Origin: Candidatus Poribacteria bacterium
GTDB lineage: Bacteria > Poribacteria > WGA-4E > WGA-3G
Reading direction: 5' to 3'
Length of the DNA stretch: 64,000 nt
Assembly (NCBI GenBank): GCA_965214095.1
Contig: OZ243938.1
Span: 3,904,001 to 3,968,000, forward strand
The notes beneath the pieces are model-generated. The model was not told the DNA's origin. It did no database searches and saw only the letters and a program-made list of their open reading frames with translations. A program made the translations under genes and the position numbers. Positions 43,527 through 53,623 of this stretch are shown here, one piece after another (position 1 is the first letter of the stretch; each line of letters opens with the position of its first letter).

Positions 43527-44891
43527 ATGGCTAACCGTGAAGAATATATCAGTGTGGTGAACACACTCAAGGCAACTTTGCCGACCATTACCACGCAGCA
43601 ACGGGTGGTGCTACTCCAACAAGCCGTGCAGCAATATGGACTTTCTGCAGAAGATGCTGAAGAAATCCTGAAAACGTCTGGATTAGTCGTTGGTGAAAGT
43701 ATGAACTACTTCCGGGTGTTAGGTTTATCTTTAGAAGAAATCCAGGATAAGAGTGAGAATGACATCCTCAGTTTTATAGAGGAAACTCATCAAAAATGTT
43801 ATGGTGAATCGTTGCGTGCGGGTGGACTGCCGCGTCCAGATGGCAGAACACAAGAACAGTGGCGAACAGTTTTGAATCAAGCGCGGGATGTGCTGAAAGA
43901 TCCACAAAAAAGAGTGGAACACATAGCAATCGTAAATACTGAAACTTCACATTTTGATGAGACATTTCCACAAGATGGATTGCCGAATTTGAATCAAACT
44001 TCAATTCAACTTGCTATACCAGAAGATATGATGTTGATCCCAGAAGGTGAATACCGTGGGAGAAGTGTTGAATCTTCTTTAGGAGATTCTAAATTTGACA
44101 CCCCTGATCATACAATTCATGTTGATACGTTCTATATGGACAAATTCCCAGTAACGAATGCACAATTTAAGGAGTTTACAGATGCCAATCCGTTATCGAG
44201 AAAAACAACAAGACGTAATGAATGGAACAAAATCAAACAGAAAATGTCTATTTTTAGTAGGTTTCACGATGGAAACTACTTAAATCATTGGTATGAGAAT
44301 AATTTTCCAATTGGTATGGAAAACCATCCGGTCACTAATGTGAGTTGGTATGCGGCAATGGCTTATGCACAATGGGCAGGAAAACGTTTACCCTCTGAAG
44401 CGGAATGGGAAAAGGCCGCACGTGGTGGATTAATTGGACAACACTATCCTTGGGGTGATAACCTGGATCCTGACATGGCTCATTGTGGAAAAAGTGTCGG
44501 TACGACCTATTCTGTTGGACTATACCCACCAAACAACTACGGTTTACATGACATTGCAGGGAATGTATGGGAGTGGTGTCTGGATGAGTATGCATTGAAT
44601 TTCTATGCGACATCACATAAACAAAATCCTATTGCTGGTGCTAACACGGTAGAGGAATTGGATGAATTATTGAGCAATTTTAGAGTTTTCTCAACTGACC
44701 GTGTTCTAAGAGGAGGGACGTTGTTCACAACATCAGAACCGATGCCAATTGCCAATCGGTATGGTTGTTCACCTCTTAACACAATCCTACGTATTAGGCT
44801 TTTAGTAATACGGCAACCTACGTCTTCTACAAAGTTTGCTGCACATGTTGGGTTTAGATGTGCTTGGGATGTTCGGTTAAAATCGTATTGA
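43527..44891 (+). CDS. J-domain-like / FGE-sulfatase protein 4
   Basis: Same architecture, with a long insertion in the C-terminal variable segment. Confidence 0.85.
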   Translation: MANREEYISVVNTLKATLPTITTQQRVVLLQQAVQQYGLSAEDAEEILKTSGLVVGESMNYFRVLGLSLEEIQDKSENDILSFIEETHQKCYGESLRAGGLPRPDGRTQEQWRTVLNQARDVLKDPQKRVEHIAIVNTETSHFDETFPQDGLPNLNQTSIQLAIPEDMMLIPEGEYRGRSVESSLGDSKFDTPDHTIHVDTFYMDKFPVTNAQFKEFTDANPLSRKTTRRNEWNKIKQKMSIFSRFHDGNYLNHWYENNFPIGMENHPVTNVSWYAAMAYAQWAGKRLPSEAEWEKAARGGLIGQHYPWGDNLDPDMAHCGKSVGTTYSVGLYPPNNYGLHDIAGNVWEWCLDEYALNFYATSHKQNPIAGANTVEELDELLSNFRVFSTDRVLRGGTLFTTSEPMPIANRYGCSPLNTILRIRLLVIRQPTSSTKFAAHVGFRCAWDVRLKSY

Positions 44892-44937
44892 ATATTATTC
44901 TTAACTCTTGTTTCGTTTGTATTTGGTTGATTTAGGT

Positions 44938-46281
44938 ATGTCAAAAAGAGAAGAATTCATCGCAGCAATTAATGTCCTTCGGGCTGCTTCTCAGTCTATT
45001 ACCCCAGAACAGCGAAAAGGACTTCTTCAACAGGCGGTACAGGAATATGGTCTTACGGTAGATGAGGGAACGGCAATATTAAATGCTTCAGGATTGATAG
45101 TGGGTGAAAGAATAAACTATTTAGAAGTATTAGGATTGACTTTAGATGAAATAGAAAAGAAGAACGATGCTGATATTTTGGTTCTCGTTAATGAAGCACA
45201 TCGAAAAGCGTATAATGGTTCGTTACAGGCTGGTGGATTACCTCGTGCGGATGGCAGAACACAGGCACAGTGGCGCACTTTATTAAATCAGGCGCGTGAT
45301 ACGTTGACACACCCTCATAAACGTCGTCATTATCTGGAAAAATACGTGCTCCAGGAAAACGTATCAAAGAAAACTGAAGAATCTAACCCAAAAATAGAAC
45401 TTGAAATACAAAAACCTAAATCAACTTTACCAAAACCACCGCAAACTACTATAAGGACTACGTTATCCAATGTCAGTTCTACCCAAAAGGTGCAACCTCC
45501 CGAAAATACGCCTCAATCCATGGTATTCATTCCCGGTGGTGAGTTTCTGATGGGAAGCGATGAAAATTTGATACATTCTGCCTATGTGGATTCATTTTTT
45601 ATGGACAGATACCCTGTCACTAACGCACAATTCAAGATGTTCGTAGAGGCTAATCCACAATGGCGTAGACCTACTGACTTGTATTTTTGGAACATAAAGT
45701 GGAACTCAACTAAGAAAAAACCTGAACACGATGGTGATTACTTGAAACATTGGCATGAGAACAATTATCCGGATGACAAAGCAAATCATCCTGTGACGTG
45801 GGTGAGTTGGTATGCTGCAATGGCTTATGCGGAGTGGTTAGGTAAACGTTTACCTACAGAAGCGGAATGGGAGAAAGCTGCTCGTGGTGGTGTGTCTGGA
45901 CAGAATTATCCTTGGGGAAACACAATTGATTCTACGATGGCAAACTATAGCAACACGAATGGTGGCACGGCTGAAGTTGGGCAATATCCAGCAAACGGAT
46001 ACGGTCTCTATGATATGGCAGGAAATATATGGGAGTGGTGTCTTGATGTGTATGATGCTGGTTTTTATCTAAATTCACCCCAACACAATCCTATTTCTGG
46101 TGCGAATTCAGTCAACTCTGTTACAAACGAATTTACTGATGAAAGTGTGCTACGTGTTTTGCGTGGTGGTTCTTGGCTTGATGCACCTCATTTATTGAAA
46201 ACTGCTTTCCGTTATAAGAATAATCCGAGACGTACTCTCGGAAGAATCGGTTTTCGTTGTGTTAGAACTGTTCCTGCTTAA
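44938..46281 (+). CDS. J-domain-like / FGE-sulfatase protein 5
   Basis: Same architecture, with a Pro/Thr/Lys-rich linker. Confidence 0.85.
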   Translation: MSKREEFIAAINVLRAASQSITPEQRKGLLQQAVQEYGLTVDEGTAILNASGLIVGERINYLEVLGLTLDEIEKKNDADILVLVNEAHRKAYNGSLQAGGLPRADGRTQAQWRTLLNQARDTLTHPHKRRHYLEKYVLQENVSKKTEESNPKIELEIQKPKSTLPKPPQTTIRTTLSNVSSTQKVQPPENTPQSMVFIPGGEFLMGSDENLIHSAYVDSFFMDRYPVTNAQFKMFVEANPQWRRPTDLYFWNIKWNSTKKKPEHDGDYLKHWHENNYPDDKANHPVTWVSWYAAMAYAEWLGKRLPTEAEWEKAARGGVSGQNYPWGNTIDSTMANYSNTNGGTAEVGQYPANGYGLYDMAGNIWEWCLDVYDAGFYLNSPQHNPISGANSVNSVTNEFTDESVLRVLRGGSWLDAPHLLKTAFRYKNNPRRTLGRIGFRCVRTVPA

Positions 46282-46305
46282 GTGTCAATGTTTCTGTCAT
46301 TTTTC

Positions 46306-46334
46306 TTGTATTTCGTCTTATGCTGTGCTAAAAT
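46306..46334 (+). promoter_or_regulatory. Sigma70 promoter for the nested three-gene cassette
   Basis: TTGTAT-N17-TAAAAT with extended TG, followed by RBS GAGGAGG. Confidence 0.5.
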
Positions 46335-46382
46335 TCGTATATTGAATGCACTTCTATTCTATCTGTTGAGGAGGAAGGCAAC

Positions 46383-46721
46383 ATGAAACTTTATCAAGTG
46401 ACAAAGGTGATTGATGGGGATACGTTTGAGGTGGACCCTCCGATTTCCAAGGATATTGATCTACTACCATTGATGAGACAAGTTGGTAATATAAGTTTAT
46501 ACACAAAAGTTCGCATAGCAAATATTAATGCTTCAGAGATTAATACTCCTTTGGGTGAAAAAGCGATGCTTTACTTGAGAGGGCTTTTGGAAGGAAAACG
46601 CGTAATACTCAAACCAACTGATATTTCCTATGATCGTGTTGTCGCAGATGTGTGGCGATACCCAAATCAAGTATTCATAAGTGCAATGATGGTCTATAGT
46701 GGATATGCAGAGTGGGTATAA
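46383..46721 (+). CDS. Thermonuclease (SNase) family protein, short and without signal peptide
   Basis: VTKVIDGDTF, VRIANINASE, DISYDRVVADV and MVYSGYA motifs. Confidence 0.85.
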   Translation: MKLYQVTKVIDGDTFEVDPPISKDIDLLPLMRQVGNISLYTKVRIANINASEINTPLGEKAMLYLRGLLEGKRVILKPTDISYDRVVADVWRYPNQVFISAMMVYSGYAEWV

Positions 46722-46759
46722 TTCAAATGTAATAGATTAAAGTAATTAATCATACTATC

Positions 46760-47110
46760 GTGGTGAATCAGATGAATTATCTAAATGACTTTCCGAACCT
46801 AATAGCAGATCAAGTAAAAATTTCACTTGGTTCTAAAAAACTCTTAAACATTGATGATGATAGACTACTTCGATCTATAGTTTTAGATGCTGCAGGACAC
46901 GTTATAGGGGTCATAGTGAATCGGATTAGAGATGGAAACAATGCAAGTATTCATTCACAAGGAACTACAGCTTTTCAAGGTGTAATCAGTGAAGTTTCAA
47001 AAAACTTGTTTGAAAAAGCACTTGACGAGTCCACAATTTCACAGGCGATCACTTTATTGAAAACGGAACAGAAAAATTATAGGAATCAGATAACAGGTAA
47101 AAATAATTGA
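46760..47110 (+). CDS. Hypothetical protein
   Basis: 116-aa ORF, co-oriented between the SNase and DUF2971-like genes. Confidence 0.55.
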   Translation: MVNQMNYLNDFPNLIADQVKISLGSKKLLNIDDDRLLRSIVLDAAGHVIGVIVNRIRDGNNASIHSQGTTAFQGVISEVSKNLFEKALDESTISQAITLLKTEQKNYRNQITGKNN

Positions 47111-47210
47111 TATAAATGTTCTGTTGTATTGATTGTTGTTGAGCAATAAACTAAGAATTTCCCGTAGAAATAAATGGTCAAGGAATTTAAAACGAATAAC
47201 ATATACTGTG

Positions 47211-47993
47211 ATGTCAGATTTTCATTCTACTGTTTGCGTTCACGATACGTTGTCTATGAATTCTATTTTGTGGAGATATATGGACTTCACAAAACTCCTA
47301 TCAATTCTTGAAAACAAAGCACTGTTTTTTGCAAGAGCAGACAAACTCGGAGACCCATTTGAGGGTTCTGTCCCAAAATCCAACATTACTTCACGTTCAA
47401 TCTTAAATCCTGATTTTACAGATGATGAGATAATCATGTATGGATTAATAATGCAGCAGTTACCACGATTTTCATTGATTAGTTGTTGGCATGAAAGCAC
47501 TTACGAATCTGAAGCGATGTGGAAATTGTATACAAGTGTGAATGGCGGCATTGCTATAAGATCAAATCTCAATACGCTAATAAAATCTCTCAAGGTTAAT
47601 GAAAAAATCCATATTGGAAAGGTACAATACGTTGACTATGAGAATGATAGGATATCTGAAGACGATCTGTTATTTCCATATCTACATAAACGAAAAAGTT
47701 TTGAGCATGAACATGAAGTGAGAGTCATCATTCAGAAACTTCCTATCGGTTTGGATTTGGTCAGAATAAGAGATCACATTGACACTTTATCATTAAGAGA
47801 AATAGATCAATGGCATGATATTTGTCCTCACGGTATTCACTATGAAGTTGAACTTAATCTCTTGATTGAAGAGATAGTGATTGCACATTTTGCTCCAGAA
47901 TGGTTACTTGATCTCGTCCAACAAGTCGCGAAACGCTACGGTTTGGAAGCACCTATAAATAGATCTGTCCTTGCGGATATACCGTCATGGTGA
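47211..47993 (+). CDS. DUF2971-like protein
   Basis: LWRYMDF..F..DPFEG, ISCWH..ESEAMWKLY..GIAI, GKVQY and KRKSFEHEHEVR motifs. Confidence 0.75.
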   Translation: MSDFHSTVCVHDTLSMNSILWRYMDFTKLLSILENKALFFARADKLGDPFEGSVPKSNITSRSILNPDFTDDEIIMYGLIMQQLPRFSLISCWHESTYESEAMWKLYTSVNGGIAIRSNLNTLIKSLKVNEKIHIGKVQYVDYENDRISEDDLLFPYLHKRKSFEHEHEVRVIIQKLPIGLDLVRIRDHIDTLSLREIDQWHDICPHGIHYEVELNLLIEEIVIAHFAPEWLLDLVQQVAKRYGLEAPINRSVLADIPSW

Positions 47994-48037
47994 TTCAAAA
48001 TACAAAAAAACATCTCAGAATCAGCAATCATAAAAAC

Positions 48038-49330
48038 ATGAACCAACATAACACAGAACGCGAAGAATTCATTTCAGTCATCAATACCCTCAAAGGACTT
48101 TCATCAACGATTACCGATGAACAGCGCAAAGCACTACTGCAGCAAGCAGTACAACAAAACGGTTTCTCTGTTGAGGAAGCGATTGACATTCTCAAAGCGG
48201 CAGGATTAGCAGTCCGCGAGAACGTTAACTTCTTTGAAGTGTTGGGACTGTCCATTGATAAACTTCAAAACCAAGACGAAACTACAATAGCTAGACTCGT
48301 GAATGATGCACACAAGAGTTTCTACAGTGCATCTTTAAAGGCAGGTGGACTTCCGCGAACAGATGGCAGGACACAGGAACAGTGGAGAAGTGTCTTGAAT
48401 CATGCGCGTGATACACTTCTAAATCCGCAGACACGTCTTGAACACATCACAGATGTTCAATCAGATAAATCGGAAGATGGTTATTCCGCTTGGCAAGCAG
48501 ATCCAAGGACTTTTGAACAAGATGAAATCACAACACACGATCCGAAACCTATAGCTGTCTCTATTCCTGATGATATGGTCCTCGTTCCAGCAGGCGAGTT
48601 CTTAATGGGAAGTGACCATTTGGAACATAAAGTCTATGTTGACGCATTTTATATTGATAAGTATCCTGTAACAAATGCACAATATATGAGATTCATTGAG
48701 GAAAACCCACAGTGGCGTAAACCATCAAAACGAGACACAAAAAGTAGAACCAAACAGAAAATACCTTCTATACTTAGTAAATATCACGGAGGAAACTATC
48801 TGAATGATTGGGATGGAAACGTTTTACCGCCTGGGAAAGAAGACCATCCAGTTACTCACATCAGTTGGTATGCGGCGATGGCGTATACGGAGTGGATAGG
48901 GAAACGACTACCAACAGAAGCTGAATGGGAAAAGGCTGCACGCGGAGGTGTCTCTTCGCTAAGATACCCATGGGGCAATGTCTTGGATTCAGAGAACGCT
49001 GAATGTGAGATGAAGGTTGGAGAAACACATCGTATTGGAAGATTTCCTGCCAACAACTACGGTGTACATGACATGGTCGGTAACACATGGGAATGGTGTC
49101 TTGATTTGTATGCCGCAGATGAAAATATTGAGAATATTATAACAGGTTACTTGGACGTTTTATCTGATCGAGTGCTGCGTGGTGGAACACAGTCTATTTC
49201 GTCCGAACCGATCCACACGGCTGCACGGCGACATAGCAATCCGAAATACACCATAGTACTTCCAATATCACACCATACTAATTTCGTTGCAAACACTGGA
49301 TTCCGATGTGTTTGGGGAACCCTTGTATAA
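48038..49330 (+). CDS. J-domain-like / FGE-sulfatase protein 6
   Basis: Same architecture, with GGLPRTDGR. Confidence 0.85.
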   Translation: MNQHNTEREEFISVINTLKGLSSTITDEQRKALLQQAVQQNGFSVEEAIDILKAAGLAVRENVNFFEVLGLSIDKLQNQDETTIARLVNDAHKSFYSASLKAGGLPRTDGRTQEQWRSVLNHARDTLLNPQTRLEHITDVQSDKSEDGYSAWQADPRTFEQDEITTHDPKPIAVSIPDDMVLVPAGEFLMGSDHLEHKVYVDAFYIDKYPVTNAQYMRFIEENPQWRKPSKRDTKSRTKQKIPSILSKYHGGNYLNDWDGNVLPPGKEDHPVTHISWYAAMAYTEWIGKRLPTEAEWEKAARGGVSSLRYPWGNVLDSENAECEMKVGETHRIGRFPANNYGVHDMVGNTWEWCLDLYAADENIENIITGYLDVLSDRVLRGGTQSISSEPIHTAARRHSNPKYTIVLPISHHTNFVANTGFRCVWGTLV

Positions 49331-49396
49331 ATCATAGGGACACTTCAGATTTGGATTCCATCTCCAGCTCTGCTCTATAAAATGGATCACTAAGTT

Positions 49397-50758
49397 ATGT
49401 CTAAACGTGAAGAATTCAAAATAGCCATAGATCTACTCAGCACTGCTTCTCAGTCAATCTCAGCAGATCAACGGGTTGGTTTGCTTCAACAAGCAGTACG
49501 ACAGTATGGTCTCTCTATTGATGAAGCGGACGAAATCTTAAAGTTATCAGGGTTAGTTGTCGGAGAGATTTTCAATTATTTTGATGTTCTCAATCTCAAC
49601 CTTGAGGAACTTCAAAACCAAAGTGAATCTACCATTAGGAAGTGGATTGACATAGCGCACAAAAAAGCCTATAGTGCATCTTTAAAGGCAGGTGGACTTC
49701 CAAGACCAGATGGCAGGACACAAGAACAGTGGCGGACAGTTTTGAACCAAGCACGTGACATACTTCTAAATCCACAGACACGTCTTGAACACATTTCTAC
49801 GATACAGAATGATACCTGGGAAACAGTTGATCCTATTTGGCAAGAAGAATTACCTATACCAGAACAGGATGAAATTCTCAACCCGGATCCAACCTCACTA
49901 AGCATCCCAATTCCAGATGATATGGTTCTCATTCCAGCAGGTGAATTTCTAATGGGGAGTAAGAATGAGAATGCTGATGACCGTGAAAAGCCGATACATA
50001 ATGTCTATGTTGATGCGTTTTGTATTGATAAATATCCAGTAACAAACAGACAATACAAAGAGTTCATTGATGCAAACACGAATTGGCAAAAACCTACTAA
50101 ACAGTTTAGACGTAAAAAAACCAGACAGATGGTGAATTCTATACTCAGGAAGTATCATGGTCGAAACTATCTGACTGATTGGATTGAGAACGATTATCCA
50201 AAAGAAAAAGCCAACCATCCCGTAACTCATGTGAGTTGGTATGCTGCGATGGCTTATGCGGAATGGATAGGTAAACGGTTACCGACAGAGGCGGAATGGG
50301 AGAAGGCAGCACGCGGAGGAACAGTAGCACGAAAATATCCATGGGGAAATAGGATTGATCCTGCTAATGCTGAATATAGTAAGGATGTCGGTGAAACATA
50401 TCCTGTTGGAAAATATCCTGCAAATAACTACGGTGTGCATGACATGGTTGGCAACGTTTGGGAGTGGTGTTTGGATTTATATGATGCAGATTACTATGCT
50501 AATTCTACCATTCGCAATCCAATTGCCGGTGTGAATACAGATGAAGATATGAAGATGTTAAAATCTGGTTTTTTGAACATGAAGGCAGATCGCGTGCTAC
50601 GGGGTGGTACACATTTTACTTCATCAGAACCTATCCATATCGCTGCACGTTGGGGTGGGAAACCTCTTCTAACAAGTTATATCAGCACTTTATATTTCTC
50701 ACAGTATATGGCAAACATAGGGTTTCGATGTGCATGGGACGTAAGGTTTAAATCATAG
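49397..50758 (+). CDS. J-domain-like / FGE-sulfatase protein 7
   Basis: Same architecture, with GGLPRPDGR. Confidence 0.85.
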   Translation: MSKREEFKIAIDLLSTASQSISADQRVGLLQQAVRQYGLSIDEADEILKLSGLVVGEIFNYFDVLNLNLEELQNQSESTIRKWIDIAHKKAYSASLKAGGLPRPDGRTQEQWRTVLNQARDILLNPQTRLEHISTIQNDTWETVDPIWQEELPIPEQDEILNPDPTSLSIPIPDDMVLIPAGEFLMGSKNENADDREKPIHNVYVDAFCIDKYPVTNRQYKEFIDANTNWQKPTKQFRRKKTRQMVNSILRKYHGRNYLTDWIENDYPKEKANHPVTHVSWYAAMAYAEWIGKRLPTEAEWEKAARGGTVARKYPWGNRIDPANAEYSKDVGETYPVGKYPANNYGVHDMVGNVWEWCLDLYDADYYANSTIRNPIAGVNTDEDMKMLKSGFLNMKADRVLRGGTHFTSSEPIHIAARWGGKPLLTSYISTLYFSQYMANIGFRCAWDVRFKS

Positions 50759-50794
50759 GTGTTTTAAATAGTGATTGATCGTAAATCACCCAAC

Positions 50795-50931
50795 TATAGT
50801 GAAAATTGAAATTAACAATATACTTTACATTTAGAAAAACTCGTTTGTAGTCGCGCAATTCATTGCGCCTCTTACATTATATGCATAAGCAATTGGGATG
50901 ATATGTTTCATTAATTGTAAGTTTTACTATA
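50795..50931. mobile_element. MITE-like element (TATAGTGAAA...TTTTACTATA) carrying a family A REP
   Basis: Terminal inverted repeats. The core matches 928-959. Confidence 0.65.
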
Positions 50932-50951
50932 AATTGAAGGAGAGATGATAT

Positions 50952-53264
50952 ATGAAAGATACAAATGATTATGTTTTATGGTATAACAAACCCGCTGAGC
51001 AGTGGACAGACGCATTGCCTGTAGGTAATGGACGACTCGGTGCGATGGTGTTCGGTGGCGTCCAACGTGAACGAATCCAACTTAACGAAGATACGCTATG
51101 GGATGGAGGTCCTCGCGATACGAATAATCCAAAAGCTTTGGAAGCACTTCCAAAAGTTCAACAACTACTTTTTGAAGACAAAAACGAGGAAGCAACAAAA
51201 CTGGCAGGTGAAACGATGTTAGGTGTTCCACACCGAATCAAGTCCTATCAGTCTTTGGGAGACATCATCCTTGAGTTTTCACATGATGGTGATATGTCGG
51301 ACTATCGCAGAGAACTTGATTTGGACACAGGTATTGCCAAAACCACATATAATATCGGAGATACCAGCTTCAGCAGAGAAGTATTTTCAACTGCAATTGA
51401 CAATCTCATCGTCATACATATCACATGTGATACATCAGAGAATATAGTTTTTGACGCAACGATGACACGTGAACAAGACGTTACCGTTGAAGCCATCTCA
51501 GATAATCTACTGAGATTGAATGGACAGTGCGGTGATGAAGGAATGCGGTTTTCTGCATATCTGCAAGTTCTGGCACATAGTGGTGATATTGAGTCGGATG
51601 GAGACCGAATCTCTGTGAAGAATGCAAGTGATGTGACTTTACTCCTTGCTGGTGCGACAAGTTACATCAATCAGAATGATGCAAGTGGAAACCCGCATGA
51701 GTTGTGTGAAAGTTACCTTGCTGGTGTAGAAAACAAGTCTTATGATGCAATTCTATCAGAACACATTGCCGATCATCAGTCACTATTTCGACGTGTAGAT
51801 TTAAATCTTGGTACTTCCGATGCGGACAATCTACCAACTGATGAACGTTTGGCAGCGGTTAAAGAGGGAGCATCTGATCCTGGATTGGTCGCTCTATATT
51901 TCCAATATGGCAGGTATTTGCTGATGGGAAGTTCGAGACCAGGATGCTTACCAGCAAATCTGCAAGGCATCTGGAACGAACATATGCAGGCACCGTGGAA
52001 CAGTGACTTTCATACAAACATCAATCTTCAAATGAACTATTGGGTGCCGGAAATTTGCAACCTTGCGGAGTGTCATACACCACTATTTGATTTCATGGAT
52101 ACACTTGTTGAACCGGGCAATCAAACAGCGAAACGGCATTACGGTGCTGAGGGATGGGTAGTACATCATCTCACCGATGTTTGGGGGTTCACTACGCCTG
52201 CTGATGGTATCTGGGGTATATCACCTATCGGTTCTGCATGGTTGAGTGAGCATGTGTGGGAACACTATCTTTTCGGTGGTGATGTGGAATTCCTGAAAAA
52301 ACAGGCATATCCTTTGATGAAAGGTGCTGCACGTTTTATGCTTGATTTCCTAATTGAGGCACCAGAAGGAACACCGATTGCTGGGAAATTGGTTACGAAT
52401 CCATCTCACTCTCCCGAAAACAGTTTTCTGAAACCAGACGGCACACGTTCACTTTTCACCTATGCAGCAACGATTGATTTGGAGATTATTCATGAACTCT
52501 TTACAAACTGTATTGCTTGTATAGATGTGCTCGGTGAAGATGCTGACTTACGTGAAGAATTAGTTTCTGCACTTGATCGTCTTGCACCACTTCAAATAAG
52601 TGAGAAAACGGGTAGACTACAAGAATGGATATACGATTATGACGAACCAGAACCCGGTCATCGGCACATGTCGCACATGTATGGATTACATCCGAGTTGT
52701 CAGATAACACTGCGTGGGACTCCTGAGTTGGCAGCAGCAGCAAGGAAATCGTTGGAACATCGTTTGGTGCACGGCGGTGGCGGTACAGGATGGAGTCGTG
52801 CATGGTTAGTCAACTTTTTGGCAAGACTTGAGGATGGAGAGGAAGCATTTAATCATCTCCAAACACTTCTTGCAAGATGTACTTTAACGAATCTGTTTGA
52901 TACACACCCACCATTTCAGATTGATGGCAATTTTGGTGGCACTGCTGGAATCGCAGAAATGTTGTTGCAAAGCCATACAGGTGAAGTGCATCCGCTCCCC
53001 GCGCTTCCCGAAGCATGGCGAACAGGTTATGTAAAAGGTTTGCGTGCACGTGGTGGATTTGAAGTTGATATTGAGTGGGAGGATGGAAAACTCATTCAAG
53101 CACAACTATTATCTACACTTGGCAATGATTGTTGGTTTAGAACATCTGAACAGGTAAATGTGACATGCGATGGTGAAAGAATCAAGTTCTCTCAATCAAA
53201 ACATGTTGCTAATTTTCATACAGAAGCAGGAAAAACTTACACGATAATACCGACTGAAAGTTAA
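50952..53264 (+). CDS. GH95 alpha-L-fucosidase
   Basis: [37 protein letters not shown] and FQIDGNFG motifs. Confidence 0.95.
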   Translation: MKDTNDYVLWYNKPAEQWTDALPVGNGRLGAMVFGGVQRERIQLNEDTLWDGGPRDTNNPKALEALPKVQQLLFEDKNEEATKLAGETMLGVPHRIKSYQSLGDIILEFSHDGDMSDYRRELDLDTGIAKTTYNIGDTSFSREVFSTAIDNLIVIHITCDTSENIVFDATMTREQDVTVEAISDNLLRLNGQCGDEGMRFSAYLQVLAHSGDIESDGDRISVKNASDVTLLLAGATSYINQNDASGNPHELCESYLAGVENKSYDAILSEHIADHQSLFRRVDLNLGTSDADNLPTDERLAAVKEGASDPGLVALYFQYGRYLLMGSSRPGCLPANLQGIWNEHMQAPWNSDFHTNINLQMNYWVPEICNLAECHTPLFDFMDTLVEPGNQTAKRHYGAEGWVVHHLTDVWGFTTPADGIWGISPIGSAWLSEHVWEHYLFGGDVEFLKKQAYPLMKGAARFMLDFLIEAPEGTPIAGKLVTNPSHSPENSFLKPDGTRSLFTYAATIDLEIIHELFTNCIACIDVLGEDADLREELVSALDRLAPLQISEKTGRLQEWIYDYDEPEPGHRHMSHMYGLHPSCQITLRGTPELAAAARKSLEHRLVHGGGGTGWSRAWLVNFLARLEDGEEAFNHLQTLLARCTLTNLFDTHPPFQIDGNFGGTAGIAEMLLQSHTGEVHPLPALPEAWRTGYVKGLRARGGFEVDIEWEDGKLIQAQLLSTLGNDCWFRTSEQVNVTCDGERIKFSQSKHVANFHTEAGKTYTIIPTES

Positions 53265-53271
53265 CACCTTA

Positions 53272-53494
53272 GGCGGTAGATGCGGTTTCTGAACCACACC
53301 TTATGCGTCAATTTAGTGTCCTTCCAGGTCTGGTAGGTTCGGTTTCCTAACCGAACCGGATCCTACGCGAAAACTTTATATGAACGGGATCGGCACAAAG
53401 CCGGTTCGGTTAGGAAACCGAACCTACCGTCTTGGGTAATAATGCGTGATTTCCCCTAAATTGATGCCTATGGTTCGGTAACCACACCTACCGT
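53272..53494. repeat. BIME/REPIN-like nested inverted REP cluster
   Basis: Inner pair GTAGGTTCGGTTTCCTAACCGAACCGG (53333) and its inverse (53401-53427), enclosed by an outer inverted pair at 53276 and 53491. Confidence 0.85.
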
Positions 53495-53562
53495 CTTTGG
53501 CATTTAGTAGTAGTTGGGAAAAACATAAAACCGAATAAATCTGATCGCACTTAACTTAGTTA

Positions 53563-53591
53563 TTGACAATGCTCAATATTCCTGCTAAAAT
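53563..53591 (+). promoter_or_regulatory. Sigma70 promoter
   Basis: TTGACA-N17-TAAAAT with extended TG, followed by RBS AGGAG. Confidence 0.65.
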
Positions 53592-53623
53592 AACGCAATT
53601 AATATAAAGAGGAGATACTATAA

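Noticed and set aside
36750-50758. FGE-domain array as maturation enzymes for the nearby arylsulfatase
   Set aside because: The catalytic Cys pair after RGGS is absent in all seven copies.
39590-50950. Diversity-generating retroelement acting on the FGE domains
   Set aside because: No reverse transcriptase, Avd or template repeat is visible in the window. The variable segments differ by indels and at all bases, not only at adenines. A remote DGR cannot be excluded.
53272-53494. tRNA or riboswitch
   Set aside because: The structure is explained by nested inverted REP copies; there is no cloverleaf or aptamer consensus.
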